Shown: positions 48,902-58,760 of the stretch, in pieces
How the letters are laid out: the number at the start of each line of letters is the position of its first letter
Numbering within the stretch: the first letter of the stretch is position 1
NCBI GenBank assembly: GCA_965203355.1
Contig: OZ241889.1
Location: forward strand, 2,528,001 to 2,592,000
DNA length: 64,000 nt
DNA from: Candidatus Latescibacterota bacterium
GTDB lineage: Bacteria > Latescibacterota > UBA2968 > UBA8231
Direction of reading: 5' to 3'
Made by a program: the position numbers and the translations under genes
Notes under the pieces: generated by a model
What the model was told of the DNA's origin: nothing
Database searches by the model: none
The model's input: the letters and a program-made list of their open reading frames with translations, nothing else

Positions 48902-50485
48902 ATGTCCAAACCCAAACTTGTGTTTTACCACGACGGTCGGCATCCGCTGATTTACATGTACGAGCCGCCGATCCAGCCGGAGGAATACGAACAGGGCGTG
49001 GACGAACTGTTGGGGACGCCGGTTGAGGCCATCATGTTCTGCCTCGGCGATGGCCGCACTATGCTGCACGACACCGAGGTGGGGGAGTTGTGGGGCCACA
49101 ATGTGAAGCGGTGGCCGCATCTGATTTTTCGCCGTGCCCACCAAAACGCCCGCGACTTAATTCGCAAGGGACGAGATCCCCTGCGCTTGATTTGCGACCG
49201 CGCTCACCAGTACGGCAAGCTGGTCTATCCGACGCTGTTGGTGCAGCAGGGCCGCGGGCCGCGAGAAGAGGACGTGCGCTGCTCGGACTTCCGCTTTGAC
49301 AACGCCCATCTTGAGATCGGGGCGCGAGACGGTGTGCCCGCCGATTTTCCTGGCTACACTTGTCTCGACTTTAAGCACCAAGCGGTCCGCGACGAGCGCT
49401 TTGCCCTGATTGCCGAGACGCTAGAAAAATATCCGGTTGATGGCTTTGAACTGCAGATGAACTACCAGCCCTACTACTTCCATCCTGACGAGGTTGCGGC
49501 GGGTCGCAAAATCATGACCGAGTGGGTGCGCCAGGTGTATGGCGCGGTCAAGCGGCGCGGGGCGCAACGCGAGTTGGCCATCCGCATTCCCCACAGCATC
49601 CGAGGGTGTTATGCCGTCGGCATGGACGTCGAGGCGTGGCTGCGCGAAGGGCTGGTTGACGTGCTGATCGGCGAGGCGTTTTCCGGCCCGGAACTGCTGG
49701 ATTCGACCCTTGATTTCCGGCCCTTGGTTGCCGCCGCCGCTGGCACGGGTTGTCGGGTATTCGCGGCTTTGCAAAGCCACGTGGACTCGGATCGCTTGGG
49801 GGAGGCGACTATTGAACTGGTGCGCGGGGCTGCTTGCAATTACTGGGCGCAGGGCGTCGATGGCCTGTACTTGGCGGACTGGTTTGGGAACTGGCCGTAT
49901 CCGGCTTCTTTTTACGAAAAGCTGCGGGAATTGCCCTATCCAGAAGTCATGGCCGCCCGCGACAAAATTTACTACGCACCGACCCCGACCGGGCGTTACC
50001 CCAATCCCCCCACCGAGCCCGGGACGACCCTGCCGTTACCGGCCTATTTGCAAAAGGGCCGCAAGGCTTTGATCACCCTAGCGGTCAGCGACGATCTACG
50101 GCGTTGGGCCAAAGTCGGTCGGGTCCACGAAGTGTTGCTGCGGGTGCGGGTGATGGGCCACACCGAGCGCGACCGGCTAAAATTCTATTTCAACGGGCGA
50201 GAGTTGCCCGCCGGTCTGTTGCGCAAAATCAACGAGATGTACCGGATGTCGGCCCCGCGCTACCGCACGGGATCGGGGTACTGGTATGCGTTTAAGTTAG
50301 ATGCCAAACACTGGCCGAAAAAAGGGAATAACACGCTCAAAGTCGAATTGGTGCGGCGCGACGCGCAGGCCCTACCGGAGATTTTCGTGCGCGATGTGGA
50401 ACTCGATATCAAATACCTGATGGGGCGCAATTTCCACCGAGGCCAAGACGTGGATTTGGGGCCGAGCGAACCATCGGGTATATGA
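48902..50485 (+). CDS. putative glycoside-hydrolase-like TIM-barrel protein (GHL10/DUF187-like)
   Basis: LDFKHQAVRDERF...YPVDGFEL, MTEWVR, DVEAWLREGLVD, GVDGLYL; beta-rich C-terminal domain. Confidence 0.6.
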   Translation: MSKPKLVFYHDGRHPLIYMYEPPIQPEEYEQGVDELLGTPVEAIMFCLGDGRTMLHDTEVGELWGHNVKRWPHLIFRRAHQNARDLIRKGRDPLRLICDRAHQYGKLVYPTLLVQQGRGPREEDVRCSDFRFDNAHLEIGARDGVPADFPGYTCLDFKHQAVRDERFALIAETLEKYPVDGFELQMNYQPYYFHPDEVAAGRKIMTEWVRQVYGAVKRRGAQRELAIRIPHSIRGCYAVGMDVEAWLREGLVDVLIGEAFSGPELLDSTLDFRPLVAAAAGTGCRVFAALQSHVDSDRLGEATIELVRGAACNYWAQGVDGLYLADWFGNWPYPASFYEKLRELPYPEVMAARDKIYYAPTPTGRYPNPPTEPGTTLPLPAYLQKGRKALITLAVSDDLRRWAKVGRVHEVLLRVRVMGHTERDRLKFYFNGRELPAGLLRKINEMYRMSAPRYRTGSGYWYAFKLDAKHWPKKGNNTLKVELVRRDAQALPEIFVRDVELDIKYLMGRNFHRGQDVDLGPSEPSGI

Positions 50486-50503
50486 GTTGATAAGCAAAAG
50501 AAG

Positions 50504-52939
50504 ATGATATTGAACAGAGGCTACAAAGTTGTGCTGGCGGTGTGCATTGTCGGTTGGGGCGGCGCCGAGCCGACGGCCGCTAGCTACATCCCTGACATGC
50601 CTTATTTTCACCAGCAGAGCAACCGCATTAACCCGGCCGGCTCCTGCCAGAACACCTGCATCGCTATCGTGCTCAAGTACTACGGAGCCGACGACATTAC
50701 GCCCGACCTGATCTCGGCCAAATGGGGCACGTACGTCGCTCAGACCACGGGTGGCCTCGAAAGGGTTTTTAACGAGGAAGCGGCGCGGCGCGGCCTGAGC
50801 GTCCGCGATCAAGCGACCGAAACCGGACTGCTGCGGGAATTGCACGCGCTGTTGGACGCTGGCCGGCCCGTCATCGTCCACGGCGGCTTTTCCGCTGTCG
50901 GGCACCTAATGGTGCTGGTCGGGTACGACGAGCGTTTTTACTACGCAATGGATCCGGCGGGCCAGTGGACCGAGCGGCTGAACCGGGGCTTTACCCATAC
51001 CAACGATCCGCACATAGGCCGCTACACGCGCTATGGCCGCGCCGCCGTAGAAAACGCCATCGTTTCTCGGGGCTTTATCCGCATGCACCAGATTTATTTT
51101 GCGCCGGGGGCCTTGGCCGCCGAGTGGGAGGGCCACTTTGCCGATTCGGTCGCAGTGGGTGCGGAGGTGGAGTTTGCCGGTGGCATCCGCGTCCGCGGTG
51201 GGTCTGCTGCTGGGGCGCGTCGGCGCGTGTCTGCGGATCTAAGTGCGTTGGGCGGTCCGCCGGACCAAGTGCTGGCCGAAGCCTCGCCGGGGTTTTACCC
51301 TTTGGCCGAGACCCTAGTGGCCGCTGGGCGTGCCGGGCGCAAGTCCGTCGTCTTCCGCGTCCGCCAAGGCGAAGCCTCCATTGAGGTCAAGCGGACGCTA
51401 GTACTGATGCCAGCCGAAAATCAAGTGGTCTTCGATGGCGGAATGGGGGCTGGTTGGCACGTAGGCTTTACCGCTGGTGCGGAGCTTGCGGTGTCAGCCG
51501 GGGGCCCGCTAACTGTGGCGGCGCGCAGCTTCACGGTGGAATGGCGACCTGCCGCGCCCGTAGAACCAGTCGGCTATCGCGCGCTGCGCTTTGCCTTTCA
51601 CCCCGGGGATGCAGTGGCCGGTGTGAACGGGGCGTTTTCCGTGCAACTCAACGAGGATCCGCGCAAGATCGAACCGCTAATCAATGGGTTTTTCCGCGGC
51701 ATTGACATGGCGCGGGCCGATTGGCAGACGGTGGAAGTGCCGCTGTGGGCTTTCGCGCCGCTGGAAGAACCGATTGAGTCCATTCGCTTCTTCGGCAATC
51801 TGCGCGGCGCGTTCTATCTCGACAGCATAGCACTAGTCAGCGCCTTGTTCCCGCGGCCGCGCCTGATGGCCGATTGGCAGAGCGCGTTGCTGGACTCGGC
51901 CATGGCTGGGGCCGAGTTGATCCTACACGAGCGTCTGCGCGTAACCAGCCCGGTGCCCGATGGTGCTGTGCCCGAAGTTTTAGCCGACCTCAGTGCGCTA
52001 GGGGGTGGCTCGGCGGTGGCGCTAGCGCGGATCGGCGCGGGCCGGTACCAACTAACGGGAACGCTTGCTGCCGATGTGCCTAACGGCCTGAAGTCCGTGC
52101 AAATTCACATCCGCCAGCAGACGCCAGACGGGCCGCTAGAGACGACCCTGATAAAGGAGTTGGTGCTGCTGCCGATGGCGGACCAAGTCATTTTTGCCGA
52201 CCAGTACGGTGAGAACTGGACCGAGGGATTTACCTCTAATGTCGAGGTACATGAGCAGGTCTTTGCCGACCTTGGGGCGCAGAGGCTGGCGGCCGAGGCG
52301 TTTACCCTCGAATACAAACCGCTGACTCCTGTGGCGCCGGTAGGGTACCGCGCCTTGCGACTGGCCTTCCATCCCGGCGATGCCAAAGGGGGGCCGCAGC
52401 CTACATTCAATGTGATGGTTAATAAGGATGCGCCGTCGCTGGTCGCGCTGTTTGAAGGGGCTGGCTTGGATTTGGCGCGGAAAGAATGGCAGGCGATAGA
52501 GATTCCGCTGGCGCGTTTCAATCGGCTCGACGGGCCGATTGAATCCATCCGCCTGTTCGGCAACTTGCGCGGCGCGTTCTACCTAGCCGATGTGCGCTTG
52601 GTCGCCGCTAAGACTTCCGCGCCCACGGCGGTGTCGCACCGGCAGCAAGCAATAGGGCCGGAGGCGTTCGCGCTGGCGCAGAACTACCCTAATCCATTTA
52701 ACAGTACCACGGCGATTGGTTTTGCCCTGCCGCAAGCCGGGGCGGTCCAGCTCGCAATTTTTAACGCACTCGGCCAGCGGGTCGCTGTCTTAGCCGAGGG
52801 AACCTATCCGGCCGGCTCCTACACGCTGCGCTGGGATGGAGTAAGAGACGGCGACCGCGCTTTGGCCGCGGGCTTGTATTTCTACCGATTGCAAACCCCT
52901 TGGGGAGGGCAAACGCGCAAACTGCTTTTGCTCAAGTAA
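50504..52939 (+). CDS. secreted C39-like cysteine peptidase with two repeated Ig/CBM-like modules and a FlgD/T9SS-type C-terminal domain
   Basis: Signal peptide; PYFHQ...[16 protein letters not shown]...DP (Q/C/H/D residues); duplicated ADLSALGG...[15 protein letters not shown]...[15 protein letters not shown]; QNYPNPFN...TRKLLLLK. Confidence 0.8.
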   Translation: MILNRGYKVVLAVCIVGWGGAEPTAASYIPDMPYFHQQSNRINPAGSCQNTCIAIVLKYYGADDITPDLISAKWGTYVAQTTGGLERVFNEEAARRGLSVRDQATETGLLRELHALLDAGRPVIVHGGFSAVGHLMVLVGYDERFYYAMDPAGQWTERLNRGFTHTNDPHIGRYTRYGRAAVENAIVSRGFIRMHQIYFAPGALAAEWEGHFADSVAVGAEVEFAGGIRVRGGSAAGARRRVSADLSALGGPPDQVLAEASPGFYPLAETLVAAGRAGRKSVVFRVRQGEASIEVKRTLVLMPAENQVVFDGGMGAGWHVGFTAGAELAVSAGGPLTVAARSFTVEWRPAAPVEPVGYRALRFAFHPGDAVAGVNGAFSVQLNEDPRKIEPLINGFFRGIDMARADWQTVEVPLWAFAPLEEPIESIRFFGNLRGAFYLDSIALVSALFPRPRLMADWQSALLDSAMAGAELILHERLRVTSPVPDGAVPEVLADLSALGGGSAVALARIGAGRYQLTGTLAADVPNGLKSVQIHIRQQTPDGPLETTLIKELVLLPMADQVIFADQYGENWTEGFTSNVEVHEQVFADLGAQRLAAEAFTLEYKPLTPVAPVGYRALRLAFHPGDAKGGPQPTFNVMVNKDAPSLVALFEGAGLDLARKEWQAIEIPLARFNRLDGPIESIRLFGNLRGAFYLADVRLVAAKTSAPTAVSHRQQAIGPEAFALAQNYPNPFNSTTAIGFALPQAGAVQLAIFNALGQRVAVLAEGTYPAGSYTLRWDGVRDGDRALAAGLYFYRLQTPWGGQTRKLLLLK

Positions 52940-52973
52940 AGCTACTATTCACCATCAAACCGAAAGGAACCTC

Positions 52974-54692
52974 ATGTCTAGAGGCATTCGCAACTTCGCG
53001 GTTTTTGCCATCGCGCTGCTCTCGTCGTGGATCATAGGTATCAACGTAGCGCCGACGTGGACGGTGGAGTGGATCGGGTTGGACGCGAAGACGGACAGCG
53101 ACGGCAAGCTATACTATATCTATCGCGAAAAACCGGCCTATTTCGAGGCCGTGCCTATGGCGCAAGCCCAACTCGCCCCGGCCAAAATTCACGGGTCGAG
53201 GACGGCCCCGCCGATCGCGGAAGAATTTGTCTTGGTGGCGGAGACTGGCCGCTACTACAAACTGATAGCCAAGCACCACTGGGGCTATTGGTCGCTTTTG
53301 CCAGCGATCGTGGCCGTGCTGTTGTGCTGGCTGACCAAAGAACCGGTCACTTCGCTATTGAGCGGCATCCTCGCTGGTGCTCTGCTGATGGGCCGCTACG
53401 ACTTCACTGGCGAGGTGCTGATCCCTTCGTTGGCGACCAAAAATGCCGCTGGCGTTTTGCTGCTTTACTTGTGGCTGTTGGGCGGGCTGATGGGGATATG
53501 GTCTCGCACGGGCGCGGCCCAGGCCTTTGCCGAGTTTATGACGGTGCGCTTTGTGCGCGGCCCCAGAAGTGCCAAGTTGGTCGCTTGGCTGCTCGGGGTC
53601 GTCTTTTTCCAAGGCGGCACCGTCAGTACGGTACTGGTCGGCACCACGGTCAAACCGATTGCTGACAACGAAAAAATCAGCCACGAAGAACTGGCGTACG
53701 TGGTGGATTCAACGGCTTCGCCGATTGCGTCCCAGCTTGCGTTCAACGCCTGGCCCGGCTACGTGCAGGCGTTCATTTTTGTCTCTGGCGTCAGCTTCCT
53801 GGCGACTGAAGCGGATCGCCTGGCCTTCTTCTTTCAAAGCGTGCCCTTTTGTTTTTACGCCATCTTTGCCGTCTTGGGCACGTTTCTGCTCAGCATTGAA
53901 AAACCGATCTTTTTGGGCAAGCAACTCAAAGAGGCGATGCATCGCTCGCGCACGACCGGTCAACTCGACGCCCCAGGGGCCGATCCCCTGAGCGCCAAGG
54001 AACTGCAAGGGAGCAACGTCCCCGAAGGCTATACCCCGCATGTCCTCGAATTTTTCTTGCCGCTGGGCACGCTCATCGGCGTTGCCGTTGGCACGTTTGT
54101 CGCCAGCGGATCGCCCAATGTGCAGTGGGCTTTTGGCATTGCGCTGCTGTTGGCTGCGGGCATGGCTTTGGCCAAGGGCATGGCGCTCCGAGATCTGATC
54201 GCTGGTTTTCACGATGGCATCAAGGGCGTGGTGCTCGGCTCGGTCATTTTGCTGCTGGCGATTACCATCGGCGGCATTAGTAAGGAGACGGGCGGCAGCA
54301 TCTTTTTGGTCGAACAGCTCGGCGAGACCATTCCGTATTTTCTCCTGCCGGTCCTGCTTCAGCTTCTGACGATGGCCATTGCCTTTTCCACCGGCACGAG
54401 CTGGGGCACGTATGCGGTGGCCTTCCCGCTGGCGATGCCGCTGGCTTGGGCGGTGGCCGGGGCCAATGGGCTGGCGCATCCAGAGCTTTTTATGACCTTG
54501 TGTTTTGCTGCGGTCATGGACGGCAGCGTGTACGGCGACCAGTGCTCGCCGATTTCAGATACTACCGTGCTTAGTTCCATGTGTACGGGCTGCGACCTGA
54601 TGGATCACGTCAAGACGCAAATTCCGCAGGCGACGCTTGCGGCGGGCGCGGCCGCTGTGTGCTGGACCGTCGCGGCGTTGTTTACCGCCTAG
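52974..54692 (+). CDS. Na+/H+ antiporter NhaC family transporter
   Basis: [56 protein letters not shown]; many TM helices. Confidence 0.9.
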   Translation: MSRGIRNFAVFAIALLSSWIIGINVAPTWTVEWIGLDAKTDSDGKLYYIYREKPAYFEAVPMAQAQLAPAKIHGSRTAPPIAEEFVLVAETGRYYKLIAKHHWGYWSLLPAIVAVLLCWLTKEPVTSLLSGILAGALLMGRYDFTGEVLIPSLATKNAAGVLLLYLWLLGGLMGIWSRTGAAQAFAEFMTVRFVRGPRSAKLVAWLLGVVFFQGGTVSTVLVGTTVKPIADNEKISHEELAYVVDSTASPIASQLAFNAWPGYVQAFIFVSGVSFLATEADRLAFFFQSVPFCFYAIFAVLGTFLLSIEKPIFLGKQLKEAMHRSRTTGQLDAPGADPLSAKELQGSNVPEGYTPHVLEFFLPLGTLIGVAVGTFVASGSPNVQWAFGIALLLAAGMALAKGMALRDLIAGFHDGIKGVVLGSVILLLAITIGGISKETGGSIFLVEQLGETIPYFLLPVLLQLLTMAIAFSTGTSWGTYAVAFPLAMPLAWAVAGANGLAHPELFMTLCFAAVMDGSVYGDQCSPISDTTVLSSMCTGCDLMDHVKTQIPQATLAAGAAAVCWTVAALFTA

Positions 54693-54797
54693 GTTTTCCA
54701 ACTGATAGTTAGACTTGCCGACCTTTCCGCGCGGGACCGCAAGAGCCGACGGCCATGGACCGTTGGCTCTTGTTGTTTGGTAATGAGGCGCGACCGC

Positions 54798-54839
54798 AGT
54801 AACACACCGGGCCACCATGGGTGTTTAAGTAGCACACCG
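54798..54839 (+). promoter_or_regulatory. candidate ECF-dependent (autoregulatory) promoter / direct repeat
   Basis: GTAAC (54799-54803), 17 nt, GTGTTT (54821-54826); AGTA(A/G)CACACCG repeated at 54798 and 54828. Confidence 0.3.
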
Positions 54840-54850
54840 CCAGGGGATAC

Positions 54851-55324
54851 ATGGACGTAGATACACTGTACCGTCGCTACGGACCGATGGTCATGCGTCG
54901 TTGTCGGCAGCTTCTGCGCGACGAAGACCAAGCACTCGACGCCACGCAAGATGTCTTTGTGCGGCTCTTGACGCGGCGCGACCGCCTGCAGGACGACGCG
55001 CCCTCTAGCCTGCTCTATCGCATGGCCACCAATCTCTGCCTCAATCGCATCCGCGATACCCGGCGGCGGAAGACCACGGCCGACTCGACGCTGTTGGAGC
55101 AGATAGCCTGCTGGCAGGACGCCGAGGGCCGGATAGATGCGCGTGCTGCGCTGGCCAAGCTCTTTGGCCAACAGCTCGAATCAACGCGCACGATGGCTGT
55201 CTTATACTACGTGGACGGCATGACCTTGGCCGAGGTAGCCCAGGAAGTGGGCATGTCCGTGTCTGGCGTACGCAAGCGGCTGCTCGGCCTGCGCGCATCG
55301 CTGCAAGAGATGGAGAAGCCATGA
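54851..55324 (+). CDS. ECF-type sigma-70 family RNA polymerase sigma factor
   Basis: Region 2 LYRRYGP.V...DATQDVF...LYRMATNLCLN; region 4 GMTLAEVA..VGMSVSGVRKRL; 157 aa. Confidence 0.93.
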   Translation: MDVDTLYRRYGPMVMRRCRQLLRDEDQALDATQDVFVRLLTRRDRLQDDAPSSLLYRMATNLCLNRIRDTRRRKTTADSTLLEQIACWQDAEGRIDARAALAKLFGQQLESTRTMAVLYYVDGMTLAEVAQEVGMSVSGVRKRLLGLRASLQEMEKP

Positions 55325-56082
55325 ACCAGCAAGACAAGCGCCCCATAAGCGACTACCAGCTAGAGCGCTATCTGCTGCGCGAGGGAACGGACGACGAGTT
55401 GGCGGATTTGGAACGCCGGTTGGCGGACGATCCAGCGCTCGCCCAGCGGCTAGCGGCCCTAGCGCACTCCAACGAGGAATTGCATCGGCGCTACCCACCC
55501 GAGTGGATGCGCGGCCAGATCGAGCTAAAACTCAAGCGGGCGCCGGGTCGGCCCGTCCAGCGAGCTTGGAGTGGGTATCGCCTTTGGGCCGTGCCAGCCG
55601 TGGCCCTGATCCTGGCGGTGGTGGCGGTGCCCACTCTCCTCGATCGAGAAGCCCCGGAAACCCCGGCGACGCGCAGCAAGGGCCGCGAACAGGAGCCGCG
55701 CTTGTTGGTTTTCCGCCAACGGGCCAGCGGGGTGGAACGCCTACAGGACGAAGCATTGGCCCACAGTGGGGACGTGGTACAGCTCGCCTACCGCTCGGGT
55801 GGCTTGCCGTACGGGGCGATCCTATCGGTCGATGGGCGCGGTACTGTAACTCAGCACCTGCCAGCGACTGGCGTGGTGGCCGTGCCGCTGGCGGCGCAAG
55901 ACACCCTCGATGTTGCCTACGAACTGGACGACGCGCCCCGGTGGGAGCGGTTTTATTTGCTGGCGGCGGATCGTCGATTTGGCCTAGCGGCGTTTAAGGC
56001 CAAACTCGCGGCTGGCGATGTGGCGTTGGCCGATGATGTCCGTCTGTTCCGATTTACCGTAAAAAAACCGAGTCAGCCTTAA
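55321..56082 (+). CDS. putative anti-sigma factor (single TM, extracytoplasmic DUF4384/'ActD-like' domain)
   Basis: ATGA overlap with the sigma gene; helical N-terminus (LERYLL.E), TM LWAVPAVALILAVVAV, TRSKG linker, GDVVQLAY...ILSVDGRG.VT.H.P...YELDDAP.WERF domain. Confidence 0.75.
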   Translation: MNQQDKRPISDYQLERYLLREGTDDELADLERRLADDPALAQRLAALAHSNEELHRRYPPEWMRGQIELKLKRAPGRPVQRAWSGYRLWAVPAVALILAVVAVPTLLDREAPETPATRSKGREQEPRLLVFRQRASGVERLQDEALAHSGDVVQLAYRSGGLPYGAILSVDGRGTVTQHLPATGVVAVPLAAQDTLDVAYELDDAPRWERFYLLAADRRFGLAAFKAKLAAGDVALADDVRLFRFTVKKPSQP

Positions 56083-56102
56083 CCCGGCGAGGAGTTGTGC
56101 CC

Positions 56103-58154
56103 ATGTCTTTGGTGCGGGTCCTGCTAGTCGTTATCGCGGCGGGTCTGTCCCAGCCGGTGGCGGCGGAAGTGCGGCGGTTGATCTTGGCGGCGGGCGCTAA
56201 CAACGGTGGGGTGGATCGCGAGTTGCTGCGCTACGCGGTGTCGGACGCGGAACAATTCGTCGAGGTGTTGCAGGAGATGGGGGGACTGGACCCCGCCGAT
56301 GTGTTGCTGTTGCGCGATCCCGACTTGGCGGCCTTTGAGCGCGGGCTGGCCGATCTGGGTCGGCGGGTACAGGCGGCCAGCCGACGGGGCGACCGCTTGG
56401 AGGTGCTGCTGTACTACTCGGGCCACGCCGACGAAGAGGGCCTGCTGTTGGCCGGCGATCACCTCGGGTATCAGCAATTACTCGACTCGCTGAAGACGGC
56501 CAACGCTGCGGTCCGCATCGCCGTCCTCGATGCCTGCAACTCTGGCAGCATAACCCGCATCAAGGGAGGCAAGCCCAAGCCGCCCTTTTTGGTTGATGAA
56601 TCCTTTGACATGCGGGGCTACGCCTTCCTCACGTCGAGTTCAGCCGACGAAGCAGCGCAAGAGTCGGACCTGATCGAAGCGTCCTTTTTTACGCACTATC
56701 TAATTTCCGGGCTGCGCGGCGCCGCCGACGTTACTGGCGATGGCCGGGTGACGCTACACGAGGCGTACCAGTTCGCATTCGACGAGACGCGGGCGCGGAC
56801 GCTTGGCACTGTGGGCGGGACTCAGCACCCAGCCTATGAGGGCCAGATGCGCGGCACGGGCGGCGTGGTGATGACCGAGGTGCGCCGCAACGCGGCCGGC
56901 CTGTTGCTAGACGAGGCACTCGCCGGTCGAGTGTCCATCCACAATGCCCAACAGCGCCTCGTCGCCGAACTAAACAAATCCCCTGGGCGCGCGGTCGAGT
57001 TGGGATTGGTGCCCGGGGCTTATACCCTGTTTTTGGAAACGTGGGACGAGGACTGGCGCTGGGCCGAATTGGTTTTGACCGAGGGCACTTTCGCCGAGGT
57101 GCGCACCAGTGATTTTCGCGCCTTGACCCCAGAGGAAACGAAGCTGCGCGGCGGTTCGGGGCGGCGCATTACCTTGGGACGCCAGATCGAGGTTGCCACC
57201 CACGAGGGATATACGCTGTCGCTGGGGCTGTTGACCAATACGCAGGACGAAGCGTTTCGCGGCATTCAGTTCGCTTGGCTGGTCAACCAAGCGCGCGAGC
57301 GGACCGGCCATCAGATTGGCGGGTTGGGCAACTTGGCACTCAAAGAGATCGATGGCTTGCAGGTATCCGTCGTCGGCGTCAACTGGGCGATGGGGCCATT
57401 GCAGGGCGGACAGGCGGGGCTGCTCAACATTGCTTCGCAAGTGCGCGGCTGGCAGGTGGCGCAAACGACCAACATCGTCGGCAAGATTCGCGGTTGGCAA
57501 CTCGCTGGAGTTACCAATTTTGTCGGCGAGGTCAAGGGCGGTCAGGTCGGATTATTAAACGTGGCGAGCAAGGTCAAGGGGTGGCAGATTGGCGTGGTCA
57601 ACCTTTCCGGCCACATCGAAGGCGGCCTGCCCATCGGATTGATCAACTACTCGCACAGCGGGCTTTTCAATCTCAGCACTTGGCGCGACGAAGTCGGCTT
57701 TACCCTATTCACCATTGCCTCGGGTAGCCGCTCGTTTTACACCGCTTTTACCATGGGCTTTACCGCCGAGGACGACCAGCGGCGCTGGGCGCTCGGCCTC
57801 GGCGGTGGGGTGCAGAAGCGTTGGCAGCGGTTTTTCCTCGGCCTTGATATGCACGCCTACCGGATCAGCCGCGCCCTCAACGACGATTACAGTGCGGGCA
57901 TTGGGTTTTGGCCGCCGGCCGTGAACTTTGACCTCGATCGCTTGGCTAAAGACAACTATCTGGCGCGGGTCAAACTTGAGACCGGGTGTTCTTTGCACGG
58001 CCATCTGGCGCTGTTTGGCGGCGTCTCCCTCAACCAATTGTGGACCGACGGTCACCTGCGGCTGATTGAGTCGAAAAGCCGCTACGAGCAGGAGTGGGAG
58101 GCCGGGCTTTTTGCGTGGCCGGGGTTTTTCTTTGGCCTGCGCTACGGGCGCTAG
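56103..58154 (+). CDS. exported caspase-family (C14) protease with GxQ beta-solenoid repeats and a beta-strand-rich, outer-membrane-like C-terminus
   Basis: Signal peptide (..PVAA); LRYAVSDA, YYSGHA (His 56424), LDACNSG (Cys 56535), AQESD...SFFTHYL..GLRGAAD; about 8 GxQ...N repeats (57255-57655); ends FFFGLRYGR. Confidence 0.88.
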   Translation: MSLVRVLLVVIAAGLSQPVAAEVRRLILAAGANNGGVDRELLRYAVSDAEQFVEVLQEMGGLDPADVLLLRDPDLAAFERGLADLGRRVQAASRRGDRLEVLLYYSGHADEEGLLLAGDHLGYQQLLDSLKTANAAVRIAVLDACNSGSITRIKGGKPKPPFLVDESFDMRGYAFLTSSSADEAAQESDLIEASFFTHYLISGLRGAADVTGDGRVTLHEAYQFAFDETRARTLGTVGGTQHPAYEGQMRGTGGVVMTEVRRNAAGLLLDEALAGRVSIHNAQQRLVAELNKSPGRAVELGLVPGAYTLFLETWDEDWRWAELVLTEGTFAEVRTSDFRALTPEETKLRGGSGRRITLGRQIEVATHEGYTLSLGLLTNTQDEAFRGIQFAWLVNQARERTGHQIGGLGNLALKEIDGLQVSVVGVNWAMGPLQGGQAGLLNIASQVRGWQVAQTTNIVGKIRGWQLAGVTNFVGEVKGGQVGLLNVASKVKGWQIGVVNLSGHIEGGLPIGLINYSHSGLFNLSTWRDEVGFTLFTIASGSRSFYTAFTMGFTAEDDQRRWALGLGGGVQKRWQRFFLGLDMHAYRISRALNDDYSAGIGFWPPAVNFDLDRLAKDNYLARVKLETGCSLHGHLALFGGVSLNQLWTDGHLRLIESKSRYEQEWEAGLFAWPGFFFGLRYGR

Positions 58155-58167
58155 ACGGAGCGGTAGG

Positions 58168-58392
58168 ATGGCGAGAAAGTGGATGCTCGGCATGGCGTTG
58201 ATCGGTTGCGGGATGAGCGATCCCTACGGGCCAGCCGACCTGCCCGAAGCCCCGTGGCAGCGCACCGAGGAGCAGCGGCTCGAAGCGATTGAGGAAAGTT
58301 GTCGTGGCCTGCCTTGGGAGCGCGGATGGCTCTGTCCGCACGGCGCGGCCGAGGCCGACACGACGAAAGCGCAAGGTGGAAAGGAGTTTTAG
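58168..58392 (+). CDS. small putative lipoprotein (74 aa)
   Basis: GGAG SD; MARKWMLGMALIGC lipobox-like signal; two further Cys; 13 nt after the caspase stop. Confidence 0.5.
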   Translation: MARKWMLGMALIGCGMSDPYGPADLPEAPWQRTEEQRLEAIEESCRGLPWERGWLCPHGAAEADTTKAQGGKEF

Positions 58393-58393
58393 G

Positions 58394-58685
58394 ATGGAAA
58401 ACCCCATATTACAGGCCGTCGATGCGCAACGCCTACTTGATACGACCAAGAAGCTGATTGCGGTGCCAGTGTCGGGTTGAAGGGACGCGTCGCTGGGTAG
58501 CGGCTGGATCAGAGCCGGACGCACGCCGAGAAATAGAAGACCGGCTCGCCGACTGGAACATGCCCGGCGCCGCCTTTGCGATAGAGCACAACAGCCCGCT
58601 AGTGAGCGCGTTCCAGTCGGCGCACGAGCAGGTGACGGGGGCCGCGCTGCCCATGTCTTTATGGCTGCCGGGATTGAGGCCCTAA
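58394..58685 (+). pseudogene. internally deleted remnant of an M20/ArgE-like peptidase
   Basis: AAGGAG SD plus MENPILQAVDAQRLLDTTKKLIAVP (M20-like N-terminal helix), joined out of frame near 58468 to CRVEGTRRW...SPLVSAFQSAHEQVTG (late M20-like segments). Confidence 0.55.
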
Positions 58686-58760
58686 CGCACGGACCTTGCG
58701 CCACAGGGGCGCAGGTGTCGGGGTAGCGAAGGTGTATGCGCTGACGCCGCCGGCGTTTTG

